Below are positions 15,001 through 30,000 of a DNA stretch of 64,000 nucleotides, in pieces (within the stretch, counting starts at the first letter, position 1; every line of letters starts with the position of its first letter). Source of the stretch: Eledone cirrhosa. Taxonomy: Eukaryota. The notes below the pieces were generated by a model. That model was not told where the DNA came from. It made no database searches and saw nothing but the letters and a program-made list of their open reading frames with translations. The stretch lies in assembly GCA_964016885.1 (NCBI GenBank), contig OZ024764.1:19468001-19532000 (forward strand), written 5' to 3'. A program made the position numbers and the translations under genes.

Positions 15001-18000
15001 TGATAAAAGTAGTTATTAGTGATATTAGATTAAACTGACAGATAAAAGTAGTTATTAGTGGCAGTAGATTAAACTGACTGATAAAAGTAGTTAGTAGTGA
15101 CATTAGATTAAACTGACTGATAAAAGTAGTTATTAGAGACATTAGATTAAACTGACTGATAAAAGTAGTTATTAGTGACATTAGATTAAACTGACTGATA
15201 AAAGTAGTTATTAGTGAGATTAGATTATACTGACTGATAAAAGTAGTTATTAGTGACATTAGATTAAACTGACTGATAAAAGTAGTTATTAGTGACATTA
15301 GATTAAACTGACTGATAAAAGTAGTTATTAGTGGCAGTAGATTAAACTGACTGATAAAAGTAGTTATTAGTGGCAGTAGATTAAACTGACTGATAAAAGT
15401 AGTTATTAGTGGCAGTAGATTAAACTGAATGATAAAAGTAGTTATTAGTGACATTAGATTATACTGGCTGATAAAAGTAGTTATTAGTGACATTAGATTA
15501 AACTGACTGATAAAAGTAGTTATCAGTGGCAGTAGATTAAACTGACTGATAAAAGTAGTTATTAGTGACATTAGATTAAACTGACAGATAAAAGTAGTTA
15601 TTAGTGACATTAGATTAAACTCACTGATAAAAGTAGTTATTAGTAGCAGTAGATTAAACTGACTGATAAAAGTAGTTATTAGTGACATTAGATTATACTG
15701 ACTGATAAAAGTAGTTATTAGTGACATTAGATTATACTGACTGATAAAAGTAGTTATTAGTGACATTAGATTAAACTGACTGATAAAAGTAGTTATTAGT
15801 GACATTAGATTAAACTGACTGATAAAAGTAGTTATTAGTGGCAGTAGATTAAACTGACTGATAAAAGTAGTTATTAGAGACATTAGATTAAACTGACTGA
15901 TAAAAGTAGTTATTAGTGACATTAGATTAAACTGACTGATAAAAGTAGTTATTAGTGAGATTAGATTATACTGACTGATAAAAGTAGTTATTAGTGACAT
16001 TAGATTAAACTGACTGATAAAAGTAGTTATTAGTGACATTAGATTAAACTGACTGATAAAAGTAGTTATTTATGGCAGTAGATTAAACTGACTGATAAAA
16101 GTAGTTATTAGTGGCAGTAGATTAAACTGACTGATAAAAGTAGTTATTAGTGGCAGTAGATTAAACTGAATGATAAAAGTAGTTATTAGTGACATTAGAT
16201 TATACTGACTGATAAAAGTAGTTATTAGTGACATTAGATTATACTGACAGATAAAAGTAGTTATTAGTGAGATTAGATTAAACTGACTGATAAAAGTAGT
16301 TATTAGTGGCAGTAGATTATACTGACAGATAAAAGTAGTTATTAGTGACATTAGATTATACTGACTGATAAAAGTAGTTATTAGTGAGATTAGATTAAAC
16401 TGACTGATAAAAGTAGTTATTAGTGACATTAGATTAAACTGACTGATAAAAGTAGTTACTAGTGACATTAGATTATACTGACAGATAAAAGTAGTTACTA
16501 GTGAGATTAGATTAAACTGACTGATAAAAGTAGTTATTAGTGAGATTAGATTAAACTGACTGATAAAAGTAGTTATTAGTGACATTAGATTAAACTGACT
16601 GATAAAAGTAGTTATTAGTGACATTAGATTATACTGACTGATAAAAGTAGTTATTAGTGACATTAGATTATACTGACTGATAAAAGTAGTTATTAGTGAC
16701 ATTAGATTATACTGACAGATAAAAGTAGTTATTAGTGACATTAGATTAAACTGACTGATAAAAGTAGTTATTAGTGACATTAGATTAAACTGACTGATAA
16801 AAGTAGTTATTAGTGACATTAGATTAAACTGACTGATAAAAGTAGTTATTAGTGACATCAGATTATACTGACAGATAAAAGTAGTTATTAGTGAGATTAG
16901 ATTAAACTGACTGATAAAAGTAGTTATTAGTGACATTAGATTATACTGACTGATAAAAGTAGTTATTAGTGACATTAGATTATACTGACTGAGAAAAGTA
17001 GTTATTAGTGACATTAGATTATACTGACTGATAAAAGTAGCTATTAGTGACATTAGATTAAACTGACTGATAAAAGTAGTTATTAGTGACATTAGATTAA
17101 ACTGACTGATAAAAGTAGTTATTAGTGAGATTAGATTAAACTGACTGATAAAAGTAGTTATTAGTAACATTAGATTATACTGACTGATAAAAGTAGTTAT
17201 TAGTGACATTAGATTAAACTGACTGATAAAAGTAGTTATTAGTGATATTAGATTAAACTGACTGATAAAAGTAGTTATTAGTGAAATTACATTATACTGA
17301 CTGATAAAAGTAGTTATTAGTGACATTAGATTAAACTGACTGATAAAAGTAGTTATTAGTGACATTAGATTAAACTGACTGATAAAAGTAGTTATTAGTG
17401 AGATTAGATTAAACTGACTGATAAAAGTAGTTATTAGTGACATTAGATTATACTGACTGATAAAAGTAGTTATTAGTGACATTAGATTATACTGACTGAT
17501 AAAAGTAGTTATTAGTGACATTAGATTATACTGACTGATAAAAGTAGCTATTAGTGACATTAGATTAAACTGACTGATAAAAGTAGTTATTAGTGACATT
17601 AGATTAAACTGACTGATAAAAGCAGTTATTAGTGAGATTAGATTAAACTGACTGATAAAAGTAGTTATTAGTGACATTAGATTATACTGACTGATAAAAG
17701 TAGTTATTAGTGACATTAGATTATACTGACTGATAAAAGTAGTTATTAGTGACATTAGATTAAACTGACTGATAAAAGTAGTTATTAGTGACATTAGATT
17801 AAACTGACTGATAAAAGTAGTTATTAGTGACATTAGATTAAACTGACTGATAAGAGTAGTTATTAGTGACATTAGATTATACTGACTGATAAAAGTAGTT
17901 ATTAGTGACATTAGATTAAACTGACTGATAAAAGTAGTTATTAGTGACATTAGAGTATACTGACTGATAAAAGTAGTTATTAGTGACATTAGATTAAACT

Positions 18001-21000
18001 GACTGATAAAAGTAGTTATTAGTGACATTAGATTAAACTGACTGATAAAAGTAGTTATTAGTGACATTAGATTATACTGACTGATAAAAGTAGTTATTAG
18101 TGACATTAGATTAAACTGACTGATAAAAGTAGTTATTAGTGGCAGTAGATTAAACTGACTGATAAAAGTAGTTATTAGTGGCAGTAGATTAAACTGAATG
18201 ATAAAAGTAGTTATTAGTGACAGTAGATTAAACTGACTGATAAAAGTAGTTATTAGTGGCAGTAGATTATACTGACTGATAAAAGTAGTTATTAGTGACA
18301 TTAGATTAAACTGACTGATAAAAGTAGTTATTAGTGACATTAGATTATACTGACTGATAAAAGTAGTTATTAGTGACATTAGATTATACTGACTGATAAA
18401 AGTAGTTATTAGTGACATTAGATTAAACTGACTGATAAAAGTAGTTATTAGTGACATTAGATTAAAATGACTGATAAAAGTAGTTATTAGTGATATTAGA
18501 TTAAACTGACTAATAAAAGTAGTTATTAGTGACATTACATTAAACTGACTGATAAAAGTAGTTATTAGTGGCAGTAGATTAAACTGACTGATAAAAGTAG
18601 TTATTAGTGGCATTAGATTATACTGACTGATAAAAGTAGTTATTAGTGACATTAGATTAAACTGACTGATAAAAGTAGTTATTAGTGACATTAGATTAAA
18701 CTGACAGATAAAAGTAGTTATTAGTGGCAGTAGATTAAACTGACTGATAAAAGTAGTTATTAGTGACATTAGATTAAACTGACTGATAAAAGTAGTTATT
18801 AGTGACATTAGATTAAACTGACTGATAAAAGTAGTTATTAGGGACATTAGATTAAACTAACTGATAAAAGTAGTTATTAGTGACATTAGATTAAACTGAC
18901 TGATAAAAGTAGTTATTAGTGACATTAGATTAAACTGACTGATAAAAGTAGTTATTAGTGACATTAGATTAAACTGACTGATAAAAGTAGTTATTAGTGG
19001 CAGTAGATTAAACTGACTGATAAAAGTAGTTATTAGTGACATTAGATTATACTGACTGATAAAAGTAGTTATTAGTGACATTAGATTAAACTGACTGATA
19101 AAAGTAGTTATTAGTGACATTAGATTAAACTGACTGATAAAAGTAGTTATTAGTGACATTAGATTATACTGACTGATAAAAGTAGTTATTAGTGAAATTA
19201 GATTAAACTGACTGATAAAAGTAGTTATTAGTGACATTAGATTATACTGACTGATAAAAGTAGTTATTAGTGACATTAGATTAAACTGACTGATAAAAGT
19301 AGTTATTAGTGAGATTAGATTAAACTGACTGATAAAAGTAGTTATTAGTGAGATTAGATTAAACTGACTGATAAAAGTAGTTATTAGTGACATTAGATTA
19401 AACTGACTGATAAAAGTAGTTATTAGTGACATTAGATTATACTGACTGATAAAAGTAGTTATTAGTGACATTAGATTATACTGACTGATAAAAGTAGTTA
19501 TTAGTGACATTAGATTATACTGACTGATAAAAGTAGTTATTAGTGACATTAGATTATACTGACAGATAAAAGTAGTTATTAGTGAGATTAGATTAAACTG
19601 ACTGATAAAAGTAGTTATTAGTGACATTAGATTATACTGACTGATAAAAGTAGTTATTAGTGACATTAGATTATACTGACTGATAAAAGTAGTTATTAGT
19701 GACATTAGATTATACTGACTGATAAAAGTAGTTATTAGTGACATTAGATTATACTGACAGATAAAAGTAGTTATTAGTGAGATTAGATTAAACTGACTGA
19801 TAAAAGTAGTTATTAGTGGCAGTAGATTATACTGACAGATAAAAGTAGTTATTAGTGACATTAGATTATAGTGCAAGATAAAAGTAGTTATTAGTGACAT
19901 TAGATTAAACTGACTGATAAAAGTAGTTATTAGTGACATTAGATTAAAATGACTGATAAAAGTAGTTATTAGTGATATTAGATTAAACTGACTAATAAAA
20001 GTAGTTATTAGTGGCAGTAGATTAAACTGACTGATAAAAGTAGTTATTAGTGGCATTAGATTATACTGACTGATAAAAGTAGTTATTAGTGACATTAGAT
20101 TAAACTGACTGATAAAAGTAGTTATTAGTGACATTAGATTAAACTGACAGATAAAAGTAGTTATTAGTGGCAGTAGATTAAACTGACTGATAAAAGTAGT
20201 TATTAGTGACATTAGATTAAACTGACTGATAAAAGTAGTTATTAGTGACATTAGATTAAACTGACTGATAAAAGTAGTTATTAGGGACATTAGATTAAAC
20301 TAACTGATAAAAGTAGTTATTAGTGACATTAGATTAAACTGACTGATAAAAGTAGTTATTAGTGACATTAGATTAAACTGACTGATAAAAGTAGTTATTA
20401 GTGACATTAGATTAAACTGACTGATAAAAGTAGTTATTAGTGGCAGTAGATTAAACTGACTGATAAAAGTAGTTATTAGTGACATTAGATTATACTGACT
20501 GATAAAAGTAGTTATTAGTGACATTAGATTAAACTGACTGATAAAAGTAGTTATTAGTGACATTAGATTAAACTGACTGATAAAAGTAGTTATTAGTGAC
20601 ATTAGATTATACTGACTGATAAAAGTAGTTATTAGTGAAATTAGATTAAACTGACTGATAAAAGTAGTTATTAGTGACATTAGATTATACTGACTGATAA
20701 AAGTAGTTATTAGTGACATTAGATTAAACTGACTGATAAAAGTAGTTATTAGTGAGATTAGATTAAACTGACTGATAAAAGTAGTTATTAGTGAGATTAG
20801 ATTAAACTGACTGATAAAAGTAGTTATTAGTGACATTAGATTAAACTGACTGATAAAAGTAGTTATTAGTGACATTAGATTATACTGACTGATAAAAGTA
20901 GTTATTAGTGACATTAGATTATACTGACTGATAAAAGTAGTTATTAGTGACATTAGATTATACTGACTGATAAAAGTAGTTATTAGTGACATTAGATTAT

Positions 21001-24000
21001 ACTGACAGATAAAAGTAGTTATTAGTGAGATTAGATTAAACTGACTGATAAAAGTAGTTATTAGTGACATTAGATTATACTGACTGATAAAAGTAGTTAT
21101 TAGTGACATTAGATTATACTGACTGATAAAAGTAGTTATTAGTGACATTAGATTATACTGACTGATAAAAGTAGTTATTAGTGACATTAGATTATACTGA
21201 CAGATAAAAGTAGTTATTAGTGAGATTAGATTAAACTGACTGATAAAAGTAGTTATTAGTGGCAGTAGATTATACTGACAGATAAAAGTAGTTATTAGTG
21301 ACATTAGATTATAGTGCAAGATAAAAGTAGTTATTAGTGACATTAGATTATACTGACTGATAAAAGTAGTTATTAGTGACATTAGATTATACTGACTGAT
21401 AAAAGTAGTTATTAGTGACATTAGATTATACTGACTGATAAAAGTAGTTATTAGTGACATTAGATTATACTGACTGATAAAAGTAGTTATTAGTGACATT
21501 AGATTATACTGACTGATAAAAGTAGTTATTAGTGACATTAGATTATACTGACTGATAAAAGTAGTTATTAGTGACATTAGATTATACTGACAGATAAAAG
21601 TAGTTATTAGTGAGATTAGATTAAACTGACTGATAAAAGTAGTTATTAGTGGCAGTAGATTATACTGACAGATAAAAGTAGTTATTAGTGACATTAGATT
21701 ATACTGACTGATAAAAGTAGTTATTAGTGAGATTAGATTAAACTGACTGATAAAAGTAGTTATTAGTGACATTAGATTAAACTGACTGATAAAAGTAGTT
21801 ACTAGTGACATTAGATTATACTGACAGATAAAAGTAGTTACTAGTGAGATTAGATTAAACTGACTGATAAAAGTAGTTATTAGTGAGATTAGATTAAACT
21901 GACTGATAAAAGTAGTTATTAGTGACATTAGATTAAACTGACTGATAAAAGTAGTTATTAGTGACATTAGATTATACTGACTGATAAAAGTAGTTATTAG
22001 TGACATTAGATTATACTGACTGATAAAAGTAGTTATTAGTGACATTAGATTATACTGACAGATAAAAGTAGTTATTAGTGAGATTAGATTAAACTGACTG
22101 ATAAAAGTAGTTATTAGTGACATTAGATTATACTGACAGATAAAAGTAGTTATTAGTGACATTAGATTAAACTGACTGATAAAAGTAGTTATTAGTGACA
22201 TTAGATTATACTGACTGATAAAAGTAGTTATTAGTGACATTAGATTATACTGACAGATAAAAGTAGTTATTAGTGAGATTAGATTAAACTGACTGATAAA
22301 AGTAGTTATTAGTGACATTATATTATACTGACAGATAAAAGTAGTTATTAGTGAGATTAGATTAAACTGACTGATAAAAGTAGTTATTAGTGAGATTAGA
22401 TTAAACTGACTGATAAAAGTAGTTATTAGTGACATTAGATTAAACTGACTGATAAAAGTAGTTATTAGTGACATCAGATTATACTGACAGATAAAAGTAG
22501 TTATTAGTGAGATTAGATTAAACTGACTGATAAAAGTAGTTATTAGTGACATTAGATTATACTGACTGATAAAAGTAGTTATTAGTGACATTAGATTATA
22601 CTGACTGAGAAAAGTAGTTATTAGTGACATTAGATTATACTGACTGATAAAAGTAGCTATTAGTGACATTAGATTAAACTGACTGATAAAAGTAGTTATT
22701 AGTGACATTAGATTAAACTGACTGATAAAAGTAGTTATTAGTGAGATAAGATTAAACTGACTGATAAAAGTAGTTATTAGTAACATTAGATTATACTGAC
22801 TGATAAAAGTAGTTATTAGTGACATTAGATTAAACTGACTGATAAAAGTAGTTATTAGTGATATTAGATTAAACTGACTGATAAAAGTAGTTATTAGTGA
22901 AATTACATTATACTGACTGATAAAAGTAGTTATTAGTGACATTAGATTAAACTGACTGATAAAAGTAGTTATTAGTGACATTAGATTAAACTGACTGATA
23001 AAAGTAGTTATTAGTGAGATTAGATTAAACTGACTGATAAAAGTAGTTATTAGTGACATTAGATTATACTGACTGATAAAAGTAGTTATTAGTGACATTA
23101 GATTATACTGACTGATAAAAGTAGTTATTAGTGACATTAGATTATACTGACTGATAAAAGTAGCTATTAGTGACATTAGATTAAACTGACTGATAAAAGT
23201 AGTTATTAGTGACATTAGATTAAACTGACTGATAAAAGCAGTTATTAGTGAGATTAGATTAAACTGACTGATAAAAGTAGTTATTAGTAACATTAGATTA
23301 TACTGACTGATAAAAGTAGTTATTAGTGACATTAGATTAAACTGGCTGATAAAAGTAGTTATTAGTGATATTAGATTAAACTGACTGATAAAAGTAGTTA
23401 TTAGTGAAATTAGATTATACTGACTGATAAAAGTAGTTATTAGTGACATTAGATTAAACTGACTGATAAAAGTAGTTATTAGTGACATTAGATTAAACTG
23501 ACTGATAAAAGTAGTTATTAGTGAGATTAGATTAAACTGACTGATAAAAGTAGTTATTAGTGATATTAGATTATACTGACTGATAAAAGTAGTTATAAGT
23601 GACATTAGATTATACTGACTGATAGAAGTAGTTATTAGTGACATTAGATTATACTGACAGATAAAAGTAGTTATTAGTGAGATTAGATTAAACTGACTGA
23701 TAAAAGTAGTTATTAGGGACATTAGATTATACTGACAGATAAAAGTAGTTATTAGTGAGATTAGATTAAACTGACTGATAAAAGTAGTTATTAGTGACAT
23801 TAGATTAAACTGACTGATAAAAGTAGTTATTAGTGACATTAGATTATACTGACTGATAAAAGTAGTTATTAGTAACATTAGATTATACTGACAGATAAAA
23901 GTAGTTATTAGTGACATTAGATTATACTGACTGATAAAAGTAGTTATTAGTGACATTAGATTAAACTGACTGATAAAAGTAGTTATTAGTAGCAGTAGAT

Positions 24001-27000
24001 TAAACTGACTGATAAAAGTAGTTATTAGTGACATTAGATTATACTGACTGATAAAAGTAGTTATTAGTGGCAGTAGATTAAACTGACTGATAAAAGTAGT
24101 TATTAGTGACATTAGATTAAACTGACAGATAAAAGTAGTTATTAGTGACATTAGATTAAACTGACTGATAAAAGTAGTTATTAGTAGCAGTAGATTAAAC
24201 TGACTGATAAAAGTAGTTATTAGTGACATTAGATTATACTGACTGATAAAAGCAGTTATTAGTGACATTAGATTATACTGACTGATAAAAGTAGTTATTA
24301 GTGACATTAGATTAAACTGACTGATAAAAGTAGTTATTAGTGACATTAGATTAAACTGACTGATAAAAGTAGTTATTAGTGGCAGTAGATTAAACTGACT
24401 GATAAAAGTAGTTATTAGTGATATTAGATTAAACTGACAGATAAAAGTAGTTATTAGTGGCAGTAGATTAAACTGACTGATAAAAGTAGTTATTAGTGGC
24501 AGTAGATTAAACTGAATGATAAAAGTAGTTATTAGTGACATTAGATTATACTGGCTGATAAAAGTAGTTATTAGTGACATTAGATTAAACTGACTGATAA
24601 AAGTAGTTATCAGTGGCAGTAGATTAAACTGACTGATAAAAGTAGTTATTAGTGACATTAGATTAAACTGACAGATAAAAGTAGTTATTAGTGACATTAG
24701 ATTAAACTCACTGATAAAAGTAGTTATTAGTAGCAGTAGATTAAACTGACTGATAAAAGTAGTTATTAGTGACATTAGATTATACTGACTGATAAAAGTA
24801 GTTATTAGTGACATTAGATTATACTGACTGATAAAAGTAGTTATTAGTGACATTAGATTAAACTGACTGATAAAAGTAGTTATTAGTGACATTAGATTAA
24901 ACTGACTGATAAAAGTAGTTATTAGTGGCAGTAGATTAAACTGACTGATAAAAGTAGTTATTAGAGACATTAGATTAAACTGACTGATAAAAGTAGTTAT
25001 TAGTGACATTAGATTAAACTGACTGATAAAAGTAGTTATTAGTGAGATTAGATTATACTGACTGATAAAAGTAGTTATTAGTGACATTAGATTAAACTGA
25101 CTGATAAAAGTAGTTATTAGTGACATTAGATTAAACTGACTGATAAAAGTAGTTATTTATGGCAGTAGATTAAACTGACTGATAAAAGTAGTTATTAGTG
25201 GCAGTAGATTAAACTGACTGATAAAAGTAGTTATTAGTGGCAGTAGATTAAACTGAATGATAAAAGTAGTTATTAGTGACATTAGATTATACTGGCTGAT
25301 AAAAGTAGTTATTAGTGACATTAGATTAAACTGACTGATAAAAGTAGTTATTAGTGGCAGTAGATTAAACTGACTGATAAAAGTAGTTATTAGTGGCATT
25401 AGATTAAACTGACTGATAAAAGTAGTTATTAGTGACATTAGATTAAACTGACAGATAAAAGTAGTTATTAGTGGCAGTAGATTAAACTGACTGATAAAAG
25501 TAGTTATTAGTGACATTAGATTAAACTGACTGATAAACGTAGTTATTAGTGACATTAGATTATACTGACTGATAAAAGTAGTTATTAGTGACATTAGATT
25601 AAACTGACTGATAAAAGTAGTTATTAGTGACATTAGATTATACTGACTGATAAAAGTAGTTATTAGTGACATTAGATTAAACTGACTGATAAAAGTAGTT
25701 ATTAGTGACATTAGATTAAACTGACTGATAAAAGTAGTTATTAGTGACATTAGATTAAACTGACTGATAAGAGTAGTTATTAGTGACATTAGATTATACT
25801 GACTGATAAAAGTAGTTATTAGTGACATTAGATTAAACTGACTGATAAAAGTAGTTATTAGTGACATTAGAGTATACTGACTGATAAAAGTAGTTATTAG
25901 TGACATTAGATTAAACTGACTGATAAAAGTAGTTATTAGTGACATTAGATTAAACTGACTGATAAAAGTAGTTATTAGTGACATTAGATTATACTGACTG
26001 ATAAAAGTAGTTATTAGTGACATTAGATTAAACTGACTGATAAAAGTAGTTATTAGTGGCAGTAGATTAAACTGACTGATAAAAGTAGTTATTAGTGACA
26101 GTAGATTAAACTGACTGATAAAAGTAGTTATTAGTGGCAGTAGATTATACTGACTGATAAAAGTAGTTATTAGTGACATTAGATTAAACTGACTGATAAA
26201 AGTAGTTATTAGTGACATTAGATTATACTGACTGATAAAAGTAGTTATTAGTGACATTAGATTATACTGACTGATAAAAGTAGTTATTAGTGACATTAGA
26301 TTAAACTGACTGATAAAAGTAGTTATTAGTGACATTAGATTAAAATGACTGATAAAAGTAGTTATTAGTGATATTAGATTAAACTGACTAATAAAAGTAG
26401 TTATTAGTGACATTACATTAAACTGACTGATAAAAGTAGTTATTAGTGGCAGTAGATTAAACTGACTGATAAAAGTAGTTATTAGTGGCATTAGATTATA
26501 CTGACTGATAAAAGTAGTTATTAGTGACATTAGATTAAACTGACTGATAAAAGTAGTTATTAGTGACATTAGATTAAACTGACAGATAAAAGTAGTTATT
26601 AGTGGCAGTAGATTAAACTGACTGATAAAAGTAGTTATTAGTGACATTAGATTAAACTGACTGATAAAAGTAGTTATTAGTGACATTAGATTAAACTGAC
26701 TGATAAAAGTAGTTATTAGGGACATTAGATTAAACTAACTGATAAAAGTAGTTATTAGTGACATTAGATTAAACTGACTGATAAAAGTAGTTATTAGTGA
26801 CATTAGATTAAACTGACTGATAAAAGTAGTTATTAGTGACATTAGATTAAACTGACTGATAAAAGTAGTTATTAGTGGCAGTAGATTAAACTGACTGATA
26901 AAAGTAGTTATTAGTGACATTAGATTATACTGACTGATAAAAGTAGTTATTAGTGACATTAGATTAAACTGACTGATAAAAGTAGTTATTAGTGACATTA

Positions 27001-30000
27001 GATTAAACTGACTGATAAAAGTAGTTATTAGTGACATTAGATTATACTGACTGATAAAAGTAGTTATTAGTGAAATTAGATTAAACTGACTGATAAAAGT
27101 AGTTATTAGTGACATTAGATTATACTGACTGATAAAAGTAGTTATTAGTGACATTAGATTAAACTGACTGATAAAAGTAGTTATTAGTGAGATTAGATTA
27201 AACTGACTGATAAAAGTAGTTATTAGTGAGATTAGATTAAACTGACTGATAAAAGTAGTTATTAGTGACATTAGATTAAACTGACTGATAAAAGTAGTTA
27301 TTAGTGACATTAGATTATACTGACTGATAAAAGTAGTTATTAGTGACATTAGATTATACTGACTGATAAAAGTAGTTATTAGTGACATTAGATTATACTG
27401 ACTGATAAAAGTAGTTATTAGTGACATTAGATTATACTGACAGATAAAAGTAGTTATTAGTGAGATTAGATTAAACTGACTGATAAAAGTAGTTATTAGT
27501 GACATTAGATTATACTGACTGATAAAAGTAGTTATTAGTGACATTAGATTATACTGACTGATAAAAGTAGTTATTAGTGACATTAGATTATACTGACTGA
27601 TAAAAGTAGTTATTAGTGACATTAGATTATACTGACAGATAAAAGTAGTTATTAGTGAGATTAGATTAAACTGACTGATAAAAGTAGTTATTAGTGGCAG
27701 TAGATTATACTGACAGATAAAAGTAGTTATTAGTGACATTAGATTATAGTGCAAGATAAAAGTAGTTATTAGTGACATTAGATTATACTGACTGATAAAA
27801 GTAGTTATTAGTGACATTAGATTATACTGACTGATAAAAGTAGTTATTAGTGACATTAGATTATACTGACTGATAAAAGTAGTTATTAGTGACATTAGAT
27901 TAAACTGACTGATAAAAGTAGTTATTAGTGACATTAGATTAAACTGACTGATAAAAGTAGTTATTTATGGCAGTAGATTAAACTGACTGATAAAAGTAGT
28001 TATTAGTGGCAGTAGATTAAACTGACTGATAAAAGTAGTTATTAGTGGCAGTAGATTAAACTGAATGATAAAAGTAGTTATTAGTGACATTAGATTATAC
28101 TGGCTGATAAAAGTAGTTATTAGTGACATTAGATTAAACTGACTGATAAAAGTAGTTATTAGTGGCAGTAGATTAAACTGACTGATAAAAGTAGTTATTA
28201 GTGGCATTAGATTAAACTGACTGATAAAAGTAGTTATTAGTGACATTAGATTAAACTGACAGATAAAAGTAGTTATTAGTGGCAGTAGATTAAACTGACT
28301 GATAAAAGTAGTTATTAGTGACATTAGATTAAACTGACTGATAAACGTAGTTATTAGTGACATTAGATTATACTGACTGATAAAAGTAGTTATTAGTGAC
28401 ATTAGATTAAACTGACTGATAAAAGTAGTTATTAGTGACATTAGATTATACTGACTGATAAAAGTAGTTATTAGTGACATTAGATTAAACTGACTGATAA
28501 AAGTAGTTATTAGTGACATTAGATTAAACTGACTGATAAAAGTAGTTATTAGTGACATTAGATTAAACTGACTGATAAGAGTAGTTATTAGTGACATTAG
28601 ATTATACTGACTGATAAAAGTAGTTATTAGTGACATTAGATTAAACTGACTGATAAAAGTAGTTATTAGTGACATTAGAGTATACTGACTGATAAAAGTA
28701 GTTATTAGTGACATTAGATTAAACTGACTGATAAAAGTAGTTATTAGTGACATTAGATTAAACTGACTGATAAAAGTAGTTATTAGTGACATTAGATTAT
28801 ACTGACTGATAAAAGTAGTTATTAGTGACATTAGATTAAACTGACTGATAAAAGTAGTTATTAGTGGCAGTAGATTAAACTGACTGATAAAAGTAGTTAT
28901 TAGTGACAGTAGATTAAACTGACTGATAAAAGTAGTTATTAGTGGCAGTAGATTATACTGACTGATAAAAGTAGTTATTAGTGACATTAGATTAAACTGA
29001 CTGATAAAAGTAGTTATTAGTGACATTAGATTATACTGACTGATAAAAGTAGTTATTAGTGACATTAGATTATACTGACTGATAAAAGTAGTTATTAGTG
29101 ACATTAGATTAAACTGACTGATAAAAGTAGTTATTAGTGACATTAGATTAAAATGACTGATAAAAGTAGTTATTAGTGATATTAGATTAAACTGACTAAT
29201 AAAAGTAGTTATTAGTGACATTACATTAAACTGACTGATAAAAGTAGTTATTAGTGGCAGTAGATTAAACTGACTGATAAAAGTAGTTATTAGTGGCATT
29301 AGATTATACTGACTGATAAAAGTAGTTATTAGTGACATTAGATTAAACTGACTGATAAAAGTAGTTATTAGTGACATTAGATTAAACTGACAGATAAAAG
29401 TAGTTATTAGTGGCAGTAGATTAAACTGACTGATAAAAGTAGTTATTAGTGACATTAGATTAAACTGACTGATAAAAGTAGTTATTAGTGACATTAGATT
29501 AAACTGACTGATAAAAGTAGTTATTAGGGACATTAGATTAAACTAACTGATAAAAGTAGTTATTAGTGACATTAGATTAAACTGACTGATAAAAGTAGTT
29601 ATTAGTGACATTAGATTAAACTGACTGATAAAAGTAGTTATTAGTGACATTAGATTAAACTGACTGATAAAAGTAGTTATTAGTGGCAGTAGATTAAACT
29701 GACTGATAAAAGTAGTTATTAGTGACATTAGATTATACTGACTGATAAAAGTAGTTATTAGTGACATTAGATTAAACTGACTGATAAAAGTAGTTATTAG
29801 TGACATTAGATTAAACTGACTGATAAAAGTAGTTATTAGTGACATTAGATTATACTGACTGATAAAAGTAGTTATTAGTGAAATTAGATTAAACTGACTG
29901 ATAAAAGTAGTTATTAGTGACATTAGATTATACTGACTGATAAAAGTAGTTATTAGTGACATTAGATTAAACTGACTGATAAAAGTAGTTATTAGTGAGA